From assembly GCF_004010195.1 (NCBI RefSeq), contig NC_057749.1, positions 8,783,969-8,847,968 of the forward strand: a stretch of 64,000 nucleotides of DNA. Reading direction: 5' to 3'. The position numbers were made by a program, and so were the translations under genes. This document shows, one piece after another, positions 10,791 to 22,849 of this stretch. This DNA comes from Chiloscyllium plagiosum (lineage: Eukaryota). The number at the start of each line of letters is the position of its first letter. The first letter of the stretch is position 1. The notes below the pieces were generated by a model, which was not told the DNA's origin, searched no databases, and worked only from the letters and a program-made list of their open reading frames with translations.

Positions 10791-10849
10791 TTAAACATGG
10801 TCTCACTCTCTTACCAGACATGGAGGCACGACTGATTAACTGTGGTGAT

Positions 10850-11235
10850 TTTCTTTATTCTTTTATGGGATATGGGCCGAGCTCTCATTCATTAACAAAC
10901 CCTAGTTGCCCCTGAAAGGAGTATCTTGTTAGGCCATTTCAAAGAGTCAATCCGTGGGTCTGGAGTCATAGATGTACAGCACAGAAACAGACCCTTTGGT
11001 CCAACAAGTCCACGCCGACCCCATGTGTAGGCCAGACCAGATAAGGATTTCCGGCGCTGAAGGGCATTAGTAAACCAGACGGATTTTTACAATATTTGCA
11101 GTAGCTATTGCTCCCAGGATAATATTTTGCTTCCAGATTTTATTGCAGATTGCATTTCAGTTTCACGGGTGGGTGGGATTTGAGCACCCCCACAGCGTTA
11201 GCTAGGTACTCCAGATTCTGAGTCACATGGCGCCA
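10850..11235 (-). mobile_element. SINE family 2 with HER1 tail inserted at 10969-11021
   Basis: gggtctggagtca|insert|catgtgtaggccagacc; the insert matches the HER1 3' end. Confidence 0.75.
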
Positions 11236-11261
11236 CAAATCATTCCCCAGCAAATGCCAAA

Positions 11262-11455
11262 TCACCGTAAGGGCTGCTATCTCTGGAAAGGGAGGTGACG
11301 GGTGGGTACGTTTAACCTGAAGTTCACCACGCCTCAGATGAGGGGAGAGAGCAGGACCGTCGTGATAACCTCAGTGGGTGCGGGAATTGAACCCACGCTG
11401 ATGACGTCACACTGTATTGAAAACCAGCCGTCCAGCCAACGGAGCTAATCCGCCC
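11262..11455 (-). mobile_element. MER131-like SINE
   Basis: tttaacctga..caccacgcctcag; gggaattgaacccacgctg; ccagccaac.gagctaa; related copies listed separately. Confidence 0.6.
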
Positions 11456-12049
11456 CCACCACCCAAACTTAAAACTGCCGGAAAGCTGACCGTGAAATCG
11501 CAGCCCTGCAAAAGTTAACATGGGTGATCCGGGAATGGGCATGGAGGCAAGAAGAGGAAATACAGCAGGTTTCTCGCGACCATCTTGAATGCAGCACAAT
11601 GCAGCATTTATCACTGATAATGTGGGGGGCTGTTCAGGTCGGGTGTTTTTTGTGTGTGTGTGTGTTGAACTGCAGGATGACGGCATATGGATTTCATTAA
11701 ACTGCAGCTGGCAAAATGTTCACAGTCCGCACCGCTCTGCTAAAGCCATATACTTTATTGGATTGAACAGATGTTCAGCCTTTGCATTTGAGTGTGATAA
11801 TGCCTCAGTAAACAAGGGATGCTTTGAAATCAAGTTAAATCCAATCACAAAGTCACTCTCATTGAGGTCTGAGTCAATGTATATAATAGGGATCTCTTAC
11901 TGTAGGCCATCCCAATAGTGATGTGCTTCAGTCTGTTGTCACAGCCACTCTGCCCAGTGATTTGGTTGATGTCCCCATCTCACCCAATTCATTGACCATG
12001 TCCAATTCTGTCAGTAGACATTTTTTTTAAAAAACTCCAACCTTTTCAT

Positions 12050-12545
12050 AATCATAGAGATGTTCAGCACGGAAACAGACCCTTCAGTCCAACTCATCCA
12101 TGCTGACCGGATATCCCAATCTAATCTAGTCCCATTTGCCAGCACTTGGCCCATATCCCTCTAAACCCTTCCTATTCATGTACCCATCTAGATGCCTTTT
12201 AAATGCTGTTATTGTACCAGCCTCCACCATTTCCTCTGGCAGCTCATTCCATACATGCACCACCCTCTGTGTGAAAAAGTTGCCCCTTAGGTCTCTTTTA
12301 AATCTTTCCCCTCTCACCCTAAACCTATGCCCTCTAGTTCTGGACTCCCCCACCCCAGGGACAAGACCTTGTCTATTTGTCCTATCTATGCCTTTAATAA
12401 TTTTATAAACCTCTGTAAGGTCACCCCTCAGCCTCCGACGCACCAGGGAAAGCAGCACCCGCCTGAAGTTCAACCCTCCAACCCTGGCAGCAAAAATGAT
12501 GGGCACCTGATGAAACTTTTCATACTGCAGGTAGCATTTAATTGT
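12050..12545 (-). mobile_element. HER1/CR1 LINE 3' fragment
   Basis: RRLRGDLTEVYKI..TRGHRFRVRGERFKRDLRGNFFTQRVVHVWNELPEE. Confidence 0.92.
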
Positions 12546-12617
12546 GCTCCCAACTGGAGGGAGATGGTGTGTCCAGGGAGGGGATTCTGGCACGTTAGAG
12601 GTCAGAGATTTAATTTA

Positions 12618-12962
12618 AAACTCATTTGTGGGAAGAGTGTGTTGCTGTCTAGGCCAGCATTTATTGCCCATCCCAGAGGGCGGTTAAGAGTTAACCACAT
12701 TGCTGTGGGTCTGGAGTCACATGTAGACCAGATCAGGTAAGGATGGCAGTTTCCTTCCCGAAAGGCCATTAGTGAACCAGTTTTTCCCAATAATTGAGCA
12801 TGGATTCGTGGTCACCACTAGACTCCTAATTCCAGGAGGTTTTTTTTAAGCGAATGCAGGTTCCACTATCTGCCTTGGTGGGATTTGAGCCCAGGTCCTC
12901 AGAACGTTATGAGTCTCTGGATTAACCATCCAGCGATAATGCCACTAGGCCATAGCCTCCCC
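12618..12962 (-). mobile_element. SINE family 2, full length
   Basis: ccagcatttattgccc..ggagtcacatgtag..ccactaggcca. Confidence 0.82.
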
Positions 12963-13444
12963 CTTAAAATGCTTTGGAAAATCTTGAATGAGACCATATG
13001 GACACTTCAGGAATTCTGTTGAGATATTCAGGAGGGTTTTGGATGGTTCTTTGGATAAAACTAATGTGTATGCGTCTGGGGGATCTGTAGGAGATTGTCA
13101 CTGATACTCGTTTGAAGAGGTAGTGTAGGCTCAATGAGTTGAATGGCCTAATTCTACAATTCTATGATTTCCACCAACATTTCCACCTTTAATTGCACAA
13201 CACTTCCAGATAAATGAATGTATGCGATGCATTTGAGGCAATGTGACAAGCAACTTTATCAATGTCAATTTAATATAGGTATCACTGGGTATGAAGCCTG
13301 GTGCTGGTGTGATGCCAGGTGTACAGCCCTTATGTCCCAGCCAGTGCCTGACAGAATCAAAAAGACTCCTTTCTTGGCTTGTTTGTAGCAAGTCGAGTAA
13401 AGACCCATCGATAACCAGCCTACTTTTTCAAAATCCAAAACAAG

Positions 13445-13619
13445 GTTAGATTAGATTAGATTCCCTACAGTGTGGAAACAGGCCCTTCAGCCCAACAAGT
13501 CCACACCGACCCTCCGAAGAGCAACGACCCAGACCCATTTCCCTCTGACTAATGCACCTAACGCTACGGGCAATTTAGCATGGCCAATTCACCTAACCGG
13601 CACATCTTTGGACTGTGGG
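13445..13619 (-). mobile_element. HE1 3' half
   Basis: (ttaga)n tail, cagtgtggaaacaggccc. Confidence 0.88.
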
Positions 13620-14027
13620 CAAAAAACATCGACTGTTCGATGTGTTCCATGCTTAAGTAGTACCTGAACAATCCCAAGTGTGCCAACATCTGGACTAACA
13701 ACCAATTTCAGGAAACCAATTGATTTTGTAATGTGACACATTTCTGACTGCCAGAAGAGACGAAAAAATTCACACGAAAGGACCCATTCTCTGCAAACAG
13801 CTCTATGCTTTGCGCCGCTTTGGAGCAGAGTTCAAAATAAAATTTTTCTGAGTTCTCTTCATGACTTTTCTCAATGGCTACTTTTTTGATTTATCAGGGC
13901 CTCCTTTTTCAATCTTTATTAAGTGATAACTCCAATATCGATGATATTGTTGACTGATTTTTGGATGATTTGGACTCGCACAGAGGCAGAATTCATCAAC
14001 ATAGAAAATAGGAACAGATGTATGCTA

Positions 14028-14416
14028 GGAGAAAGTGAGCACTGCAGATGCTGGAGATCAGAGTGGAAGAGCACAGCCGGTTAGGCAGCATTCGAGGAGC
14101 AGGAGAATTGACGTTTCGAGCATAAGCTCTTCATCTGGAATGGGGGGGGGGGCCCAAGGGGGCTGAGAGATAAATGGGAAGGGGATGAGGGGAATGTGAT
14201 CACCATCACCCCCCTTCCATCTACCTATTGCATTCCCAGCTACCAGGAGGAGCTGGGGGTAATAGGTAGGTGGAGGAGGAAAAAGGTAGATGGAGGTGGG
14301 GGGTGACTGGTGATCGCATTCCCAGCTACCATCCCCCCACACCCCTCCCATTTATCTCTCAACCCTCCCCCCCTTGGGCCCCCTACATTTCTGATGAAGA
14401 GATTATGCTTGAAATG
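14028..14416. mobile_element. PLE family A, rearranged inverted structure with two degenerate hammerhead cores
   Basis: Minus arm with core CAGAUGA..GAGC/GCUC..GAAACGUC (14110-14137); plus arm with CUGAUGA at 14391. Confidence 0.72.
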
Positions 14417-14715
14417 GGAATTGAATCTGCGCTGTTGGTGTTTTCTAATGAACTTGTTCTGCGATGTTATTATGTGCCTCTGGAGCACGTGGGATTTTGA
14501 ACCTGAGACTCCTGGCTCAGAGGTGGGGATACTACCACCGTACCACAAGAGCTCTTTGAATGATGGAGGAAGCTTGAAAGCTGAATGGACTACACATGCT
14601 CTGATTATGTATGACCCAGGGCTGTCTGGTTATCCTTGCTCAATGGATAAACTCAGTGGGGTACTCATCTACTTCTTTTCAATCAACTGTTCAGGAATAT
14701 GAGCTCACATCTACA

Positions 14716-14812
14716 GAGTAATAGAGCTGTACAGCACGGAAACAAACCCTTCAATCCACTTGTCGATGCCGACCAGCTATCCTACATTAATCTCGTCCCA
14801 TTTGCCAGCGTT
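14716..14812 (-). mobile_element. HER1 3' tail
   Basis: tagagctgtacagcacggaaac..cccatttgccagc. Confidence 0.8.
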
Positions 14813-14839
14813 TGACATGTTAGATTCAAACCCAGCTCT

Positions 14840-15130
14840 TCTGAACTGAATTGAATTTATTGTCACGTGTACTGAGGCACAGTGAAAGCTTTGTCTTGCG
14901 AGCAATACAGGCAGATCACAGAGTTAAGTAGTATATATAAGTAAATAATAGGTAAACAGCGGCAAAAACATAAACACAGGTACAGGCGAATGTTAAGAGT
15001 TTGAGAGTCCATTCAGTATTCTAACAACAGTAGGGTAGAAACTGTTTTGAAACCGGCTGGTGTGGGTGTTCAGGCTTCTGTACCTTCTCCCCGATGGGAG
15101 AGGTTGTAGAAAAACATTGCCAGGGTGGGA
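14840..15130 (-). mobile_element. Rex1/Babar LINE 3' end
   Basis: Minus-strand translation SHPGNVFLQPLPSGRRYRSLNTHTSRFQNSFYPTVVRILN; 3' UTR with aataaa and ttca-type tail. Confidence 0.8.
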
Positions 15131-15369
15131 TAGAACAAGTATAGGGACATTACCACTGTGTCTCAGGACCCCTTGAGGTGCTCATTCTCGATAACCTTTG
15201 ATGCACCTTTTCAACACTGGACTGAGTGTCTCTGAAAGGGTTAAACACTGAGAAACATTTGAATTGGCCAGGTTTACATTGCTTTAAAGAGCTAACTGAT
15301 GTCTTTCTGATTATTATAAAAAGGTTAATCAGTGAGACAGAGAGAAACTTGAAAGAAACACAGGGAGAG

Positions 15370-16262
15370 GGTGGCACAGTAGTATTGCCTCTGGATTAAT
15401 AAGCCACTGGCTGGGAGGTGGTTAGCTCAGTTGGTTGGATGGTTGGTTTGTGATGCAGAGCAATGCCAACAATGAAAGTTCAGTTCCTGTATAGGCTGAG
15501 GGTACCGTTAGGTTCCCATCCCCTCAGAGGTAGGAAAAGGGGTAAACCTTTTCAGAACGAGATGAGAAATTTCTTCACCCAGACAGTGGTGAGCCTTTGG
15601 AATTCACTCCCACAGAAAGTGGTCAAGGCCAAAACATTGTGTGTTTTCAAGAAGGAGGTAGATATAGCTTTTGTGGCTAAACAGATATGGGGAGGAGGCT
15701 GGGATTAGGGTATTGAGCTTGATATTCGGCCATGATTGTATTGAATGGTGGAGCAGGCTCGAGGGGCCGAATGGCCTACTCCTACTATCTTCCATATTTC
15801 TGTTTCAACCTTCCCTGATGAATGGTAACCCTCCGGTTGAACCATCAGCCATCCTCCTCCCTCACTAATGAGGGAGTGGGCCTCTGGGACTATGGGGACA
15901 TTATCCTGGGCCTCTGGATTAAGGATAACATTGGAGGGGGAGGGGGGTGAGGTGCGTTTGAATCCCGTCACAGAACCCAGTGGAATTTAAGGTTAATTCA
16001 TTTAAAATAATGGAATTGAAAGTTTGTCTCAGTTACAGTGACCATGATAAACGATCACCAATTGTTGTAATAACCTCTCTGGGGTTCATACTTCAGGCTG
16101 GAGAAACCTGTCATTCTTATCTGGTGTGTCACTGCTCTGAGTCTGGAGTCACATCTATGTGGTTGACTCTAAACTGCCCTCTGAAATGGCCACTGAAGGG
16201 CAATTAGGGATAAGCATCAAATGCTGGCCTTGGCAGCTTCGCCCACCACCCATTAAAGAGCA
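15370..16262 (+). mobile_element. Nested stack: SINE family 2 containing a MER131-like SINE, which contains a CR1 3' fragment (~15530-15800)
   Basis: SINE2 head 15370-15405 resumes at ~15910; MER131-like head 15405-15510 resumes at ~15805-15900; CR1 NFFTQ.VV.LWNSLPQ. Confidence 0.65.
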
Positions 16263-16289
16263 AAAAGGTGGTGGAGTTGAGGGGGTGTG

Positions 16290-16602
16290 GAATCCATTCC
16301 CTCTCGGAGGGAGAGCCCAGGACGATGGATCCCAGCCTGAAGATTAGGCCGAAGCTGTTCCGGGCCAGCGTCAGGAAGCACGTCTTCACACGAAGGATTG
16401 GAGAGATCTGGGACTTTCTCTTGCAGACGCTGCTGTGGCTGGCAGCCTGGTTTGACTGGGGAGGGGGTGGGGGTGGGGGGGGTGGTGGGAGATGGTCAAC
16501 TCGAAATTTCAACAACCATGACTGGAAGGTCGCACCGGGACGATGAAGTGTAGCTGCAGACTGAAAGGAGGAGCAGGTTCGAGGGGCTGAATGGCCTGCT
16601 GC
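16290..16602 (+). mobile_element. Diverged CR1 3' fragment with internal G-run
   Basis: LKIR...F...VRKH.FT.R...IW..L; tail gagcaggttcgaggggctgaatggcct. Confidence 0.65.
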
Positions 16603-17033
16603 CATGAAGCGCCCAATGCTTCACACGTTGCCGACCCAACTGAGGGTCGGAGTGAGATTACTTTATAAGGAATTTTTCTCCTCCTGACTTGAAGCACGCC
16701 ACACTTCTCCTTTTCCTGGCAAATGGGAAGAACATTATTGGTTAGTTTATACAGTGTAATGAATAACAAATGCCTGCAATGAGTAATTGAATCCAGCGGC
16801 CTTATTGAACTTTGTAAGCATTATCTCCCTGGCTCGCTTGAATTATTGCTCTTGAAACTTGCTGTGGACATCTGCTATCTACACATCCTGTTTCAACATG
16901 TTTCTCCCTTAAAATGCTGAATTCCAACCAATTTTTGTTTTGAAAGAAAAATGTAAAACCTGTCTTCGGCACTGAAGATGATGGTGTGTGTTTGGCTTGG
17001 GTTATTAGCACACACTCTGTCTCTCTGTCTCTG

Positions 17034-17196
17034 TCAGAAATCACACAACACCAGATTATCGTCGCAACAGGTTTATTTGAAATTACCAGCTTTTGGAGTA
17101 GCGCTGATTTCAAACAAACCTGTTGGACTATAACCTGGTGTCGTCTGACTTCTGACCTTGTCCACCCCAGTCCAACACCGGCACCTCCACGTCATT
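17034..17196. mobile_element. PLE family B inverted terminal fragments (hairpin), hammerhead cores largely lost
   Basis: aaatcacacaacaccag..caacaggtttatttg and inverted aaacctgttggactataacctggtgt; flanked by TCTGTCTCTGTC duplication. Confidence 0.65.
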
Positions 17197-17932
17197 TCTG
17201 TCTCTGTCTCTCCCGCCCTGCCCTGATCTGCAGGCAGTGTGTGTTTGACATCCTGGCACAGCTAAAGGAGTCTCGGTTGGGATGGGATGTTGGAATGGCA
17301 TCGAGTGGATAGGGAAGATCCCACAGTACTAGCTACACAGCAAACCAGACAGCAGGTGTGGGCGATCTTCCAATATATCATTGCTCTCAGAATCACAACC
17401 AGCAAGTCAAAGGCGATCCACTGGCTCTATATTCCCTCTTATGGGATCTTTTTTTGCATAGAATAGTTGACACGTCATCCAACTTTGTTAAGTTGTGTCG
17501 CTCACTGTGTGCAAAATACTTTGTGAAGTGCATTTTCTATCTGCCCACTAACCTTCTCCCCAACCAGTGTAATATTCCCAAGCATTTTAAACACTCTGAG
17601 CTCTAACAATTGCCGTCTTCCAGTGAGATAGAGGAAGGAGCTGCCTCAGTGGGTGGACATGGTTTGTTTTACTCCAGGCGGGGGTTTAGACAAAGTGATC
17701 TCGGCCGGCTGAGCTGGATGGGTCAGACTGGGTTGTGTTTCTCTATTCTCCAGGCATTCCCGTATCAGGAAACTGACCACTTGCTCTCACCTGCAAAACA
17801 CATACACGGTTCACTGGAGTGGCTCAGCGGGTTCACTGGGAAAGGGAGAGTCACCTTGCTTCAAGCTCTTCCAAAGGTTGTAGGCATCTTTGCACGAGTT
17901 GTCAGACAAGCAGAAAATAATCAATTTTTCCC

Positions 17933-18438
17933 ATTGGGCAGCACGGTGGCTCAGTGGTTAGCATTGCTGCCTCTCAGCACCAGGGGCTCTGGTTCGATTC
18001 CAGTCTCGGGTGAGTGTCTGTGTGGAGTTTGCACATTCTCCCCAGTCTGCGTGGGTTTCCTCTGGGTACTGTGGTTTCCTCCCACAATCCAAAGATGTGC
18101 AGGTTAGGTGAGTTGGCCATGCTAAATTGCCCATAGTGTTCAGGGATGTATAGGTTAGGTGCATTAGTCAGGGGTAAATATAGGATAATAGGGCAGGGTC
18201 AGTGTGGACCTGTTGGGCCAAAGGGCGTGTTTCCATACTGTAGGGATTTGATGATTAAAAACATAATGGCTACGAGAGCAAGACAGAGGCTGGGAATCCT
18301 GCAGTGAGCAACCCACTTGACTCTCTAAAGTGGGGGAGAAGGATGGGGGAATTGTGTGAAGTGCACTGGGCTGGACAGTTGTTGTAGATCAGGTTGGGAG
18401 CAACAGCACACAGGGTCCAATTCCCATCCTGGGATCTT
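17933..18438 (+). repeat. Copy 1 of ~505-bp tandem duplication (HE1 plus flank)
   Basis: Near-identical to 18490-18992. Confidence 0.95.
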
Positions 18439-18489
18439 AGAACATAGAACATAGAAGAATACAGCGCAGTACAGGTCCTTCGGCCCTCG
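18439..18489 (-). mobile_element. 51-nt LINE 3' tail (CR1/HER1 type, TTCTATG repeat)
   Basis: agaacatagaacatagaagaatacagcgcagtacaggtccttcggccctcg. Confidence 0.8.
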
Positions 18490-18992
18490 ATTGGGCAGCA
18501 CGGTGGCTCAGTGGTTAGCATTGCTGCCTCTCAGCACCAGGGGCTCTGGTTCGATTCCAGTCTCTGGTGACTGTCTGTGTGGAGTTTGCACATTCTCCCC
18601 GTGTCTGCGTGGGTTTCCTCTGGGTACTGTGGTTTCCTCCCACAATCCAAAGTGCAGGTTAGGTGAGTTGGCCATGCTAAATTGCCCATAGTGTTCAGGG
18701 ATGTATAGGTTAGGTGCATTAGTCAGGGGTAAATATAGGATAATAGGGCAGGGTCAGTGTGGACCTGTTGGGCCAAAGGGCGTGTTTCCATACTGTAGGG
18801 ATTCGATGATTAAAAACATAATGGCTACGAGAGCAGGACAGAGGCTGGGAATCCTGCAGTGAGCAACCCACTTGACTCTCTAAAGTCGGGGAGAAGGTTG
18901 GGGGAATTGTGTGAAGTGCACTGGGCTGGACAGTTGTTGTAGATCAGGTTAGGAGCAACAGCACACAGGGTCCAATTCCCATCTGGGATCTT
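18490..18992 (+). repeat. Copy 2 of ~505-bp tandem duplication (HE1 plus flank)
   Basis: Near-identical to 17933-18438. Confidence 0.95.
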
Positions 18993-18994
18993 CC

Positions 18995-19380
18995 CTGTAT
19001 AGTGTCAGAGATTCTGCTGTCATGGGTCGGAGCTGCACCCATCCAGGCAAGTGGGGAGTATACTGACCCATTTGGGCCTTCTACATGGTTGACAGGCTGT
19101 GGGGAGTCAGGAATTGAGTTGCTCACTGCAGGATTCCAAGCCTCTGTCCTGCTCTTGTCTGTTTTTATGGCTAGTCCAGTTCAGTTTCTGGTCAATGGTA
19201 AGCCACAGGATGTTGAATTTGGGAGATGGTGACACCATTGAATGCCAAGGGGTGGTGGTCAGACCGTTTCTTGTTGGAGATGGTCTTTGCTTGGCACTGA
19301 CATAGTGCGAATGTTATTTTCAGCCCAAACCTGGACATAGTCCTGGTCTTGCTGCATGTGGGCATTGACTGCTTTGACTT
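18995..19380 (-). mobile_element. Second-family CR1/L2-like LINE ORF2 fragment
   Basis: Matches the CQA.TISNK..PL.FNG.TI and RAGQRLGIL motifs seen in other copies. Confidence 0.7.
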
Positions 19381-19932
19381 AAGGCAGACAATCAATGGAG
19401 CCCCCAGGCTGTGTTTCAGGAATACTTCAGGATTGACATGAAGGTCCTGAACCGTGACCACTTGCTGGTGAAAGAGGGAAATGGTGGCACGTCCTTTTGG
19501 TGGAGATGCCGAGATGAAGCAAGTGGCTCATTTTTCACAGCCACACAGTGAGATGTTGGTCCTGAGACTCAGTCCACTTAAATCCCACGTGTGCGACTTC
19601 TACGTCAGCCCCAACTTTTGCAATTACTGACAATGTTCTCAGGAGGTTACCAGCCTCTGCCCAGAAATTGGCCAGGATAACAACAACACTTGGAAACTCC
19701 TCGTGAAGCGATGGGGATTTGGAAAAGGGAGTCTTGTGGCATGGTGGTAGTGACCCAACCTACGATGCCTGGGTTAAAGACCCAACCCCCAGAGTTGTGG
19801 TAACATGTCTAAAAGCTGTTGGTTGGTCCTTGGGTCTCCTGTGACACTGCAGTATTGTCCCTACCTCTGAAGCAGAAGATATGGGTTCTAGTCTCACCTG
19901 TTCCAAAGTCAATGTGATTACATCGACTTTGT

Positions 19933-20250
19933 GGGCGGCACGGTGGCACAGCAGTTAGCACTGCTGCCTCACAGCGCCAGAGACCCGGGTTCAATTCCCG
20001 ACTCAGGCGACTGACTGTGTGGAGTTTGCACATTCTCCCCGTGTCTGCGTGGGTTTCCTCCGGGTGCTCCGGTTTCCTCCAACAGTCCAAAGATGTGCAG
20101 GTCAGGTGAATTGGCCATACTAAATTGCCTGTAGTGTTAGGTAAGGGGTAAATGTGAAGGAATGGGTGGGTTATGCTTTGGGGGGTCGGTGTGGACTTGT
20201 TGGGCCGAAGGGCCTGTTTCCACACTGTAATGTAATCTAATCTAATCTAA
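19933..20250 (+). mobile_element. HE1 V-SINE, full length and young
   Basis: Complete head and V-domain, tail (taatc)n. Confidence 0.93.
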
Positions 20251-21032
20251 CATCTTGGAACAGGTTGACGAGAAAATCCCTGTGAGCAGTAAAACCCTTC
20301 TGACTTTTTAATGATCTTGGTTACAATCAGCTGAAGCTTCAAAGTTGCCTTTCATTAATAATAGTCATCCAATGCATTTACGAGAGAGATTGTAAATCCA
20401 ACCAGTCTATCACTGATATTTATAGAAACAACACCTAATCAAGCTGATTGACCGAAATAGGAAACATCTATTTATAATGCTGAAATGTTACCTCTACTCG
20501 TAGTTGAAAGACCATTAAACATTGAAGAGGTTCTGCTACCATGGTAACTCTAAGATACTCTGAGAAAGCAGCTCGACCATGAGGTTCCATGGCACGCTGT
20601 ACACCCTTTGAAGTTTCATTTATGTGCTGCGTTGTTAAGGAACAATGAATGCTTACATAGAGCACCATAGTTCCAGTCCCGAGGATCTTAAGGAAAAGCT
20701 CGCGATCTGAAAGATCTCCCCGGTTTGTACAAGGAAAGCTGATGCACGCGAATCATTTGCGCACGCTTTCTTCTCTGTTCGCAGGTTGAAGGATTTGGGA
20801 GGAGGTAAAGGCCATTCAGCCCCATTCATTCAGCTCGGTCATGGCCAGTCTTCAGTCTCCATGCCAACGTCGAGTTGTAGGGCTTGAGGAGTGATCAGGG
20901 AAAGGGTGGGATAGGAATTTTAATTTGAAGGGAGGTTTGAGGGAAGCAGGACTCAATGTAGGTGAATGGGGGCAAGGGTGATGGGCGGCTGGAACCCTGG
21001 GTGGGATAGGGTAAGAGTAGAAGAGGAAGGAA

Positions 21033-21338
21033 AGACAGTGGCCTAGTGGTATTATCGCTGGATTGTTAATCCAGAGACCCAGGTTCAAACCCCACCACAG
21101 CAGATGATGGAATTTAAGTTCCAATGAAAAATCTGGAATTAAGAGTCTAATGATGACCATGAGCCCATTGTTGGAAAGGCCCATCTGGTTCAGTAATCCC
21201 CTTCAGGGAAGGAAACTGCCATCTTTACCCTATGTGTGACACCAGACCCACAGCAATGTGGCTGACTCTTAACTGCCCTCTGGGCAATACATGCTGACCT
21301 GGCTAGTGACGCCCTCGTCCTATGAATGAATAAAGAAA
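21033..21338 (+). mobile_element. SINE family 2
   Basis: gtggcctagtggtattatcgctgga..gaatgaataaa. Confidence 0.85.
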
Positions 21339-21489
21339 GTATTATGGAATGACCTGTTGTTGTTTGTAGAGGGAAGTAGCCAGTCAGGGCTGGAGGTGAC
21401 AACAGCATAGCTGAGGGTTTCAGCAGCAGATGGACTGAGGCAGGAGCAGAGGTAGGTCAGTGAGGGATTTGAGTAGATTATTGTTTTCC

Positions 21490-22035
21490 AGTTGAGGCGT
21501 GAGATGTGGACATCGCAGATGAGGGCAGTATTTATTGACCATCCTTGATCGCCCCTGAGTCGGTGGTTGTGAGGTATCCCCTTGAATAGAACTGAGTGGT
21601 CTCCCTTGCCTTTTCAGAAGTCATTAAACGTCAGCCGCCTTACCCTGGATCTGGAGTCCCGTGTCGTCCATACTAGATAAGAACAGCCGGCAATGCATCT
21701 GAGAGTTAAATGGGTTTAATGCCCAGCTAGTAGTTTCATCATTGCCATTATAGACATTAGCTGGGTCAATGGGCTGAGGATTGGCAGATGGTATTTAACT
21801 TGGACAAATTGCAAGGTGCACTTTGGTATAACAAACAACAATAAGACTCAATTCAATTAATGGTGGGACCCAGGCTAGTGTCATCTACCCGAGAGACCTA
21901 GGTGTTTAGGTTCTTGTTTTTTTTTAAAAGTGGTTTTCTGGCTTAATTTAAATTCCATCAGCGACTGTGGTAAACTTGTATCAGCAGACCATGACCCCAG
22001 TGTTCTTTGTTACTAGTCCAGTAGCATAACCACCC
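21490..22035 (-). mobile_element. Diverged SINE family 2 carrying an internal CR1 fragment (~21762-21915, + strand)
   Basis: SINE body on both sides; the insert reads WAE.WQM.FN.DK..V.HFG. Confidence 0.55.
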
Positions 22036-22196
22036 TGTTCCTGCACATTCACAGCGTTGCTGCTCCTGAAGCAGTTCATTTCCATGTGAGGCAAGACCTG
22101 GGCAAGATCCAGGCTCGGGCAGATAAAGTGGCAAGTAAACTTCCTGCCACACAAGTGCCGAGCAATGACTATCTCCAATAAGAGCGAGCCTAAGGG

Positions 22197-22480
22197 ATGT
22201 AACGGTGGCTCAGTGGTTAGCACTGCTGCCTCACAGCGCCAGGGTCCTAGGTTCGATTCCAGCCTCGGGCGGCTGTCTGTGTGGAGTTTGAACATTCTCC
22301 CTGTGTCTGCATGGGTTTCTTCCCACAGTCCAAAGATGTGCAGGTCAGGTGAATTGGCTGTGCTCAATTGCCCGGAGGTGTATTAGTCAGAGGGAAATGG
22401 GAGTGGGTTACTCTTCGGAAGTTTGGTGTTGACTTGTTAGGCCGAAGGGCATGTTTCCACACTGTAGGGAATCTAATCTA
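22197..22480 (+). mobile_element. HE1 V-SINE
   Basis: Head, V-domain, tail agggaatctaatct. Confidence 0.9.
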
Positions 22481-22599
22481 CTCTAATGAATTAACATGTC
22501 CCTTGACATTCAATGGCATTGGCATCACTAAATCCACCACTGTTTACATTCTGGGGATTACCATTGACCAGGAATTGAACTAGGCTAGGTGCACAAGTA

Positions 22600-22728
22600 C
22601 TGATTTGGAGATGCTGGTGTTGGACTGGGATGTACAAAGTTAAAAATCATGCAACAGCAGGTGATTGCCTAACAGGTTTAATTGAAAGCACTAGCTTTCG
22701 GAGCGCTGCTCCTTTACCAGGTGGTTGT
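22600..22728 (-). mobile_element. PLE family B terminal fragment, degenerate hammerhead
   Basis: Reverse complement ctggtaa-A-GGAGC-AGC-GCUCC-GAAAG-CUA. Confidence 0.65.
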
Positions 22729-22849
22729 TACTGGTGAGTAATTCACCTCTTGTCTCCCCAAAGTCTGTCTATGATCTACAAGGCACAAGTCAGGAATACG
22801 GTGGAATTATCCTCACTTACCTGGATGAGTGGCTCCAATAACACTCTAA

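Noticed and set aside
15813..15845. CTGATGA as another hammerhead
   Set aside because: No stem II or GAAA box follows; it lies in a MER131-like SINE.
20785..20804. Possible 20-nt micro-exon after a good acceptor
   Set aside because: The putative donor lies in a CR1 tail remnant (ggag..ggccattcagccc), and the length is not a multiple of 3.
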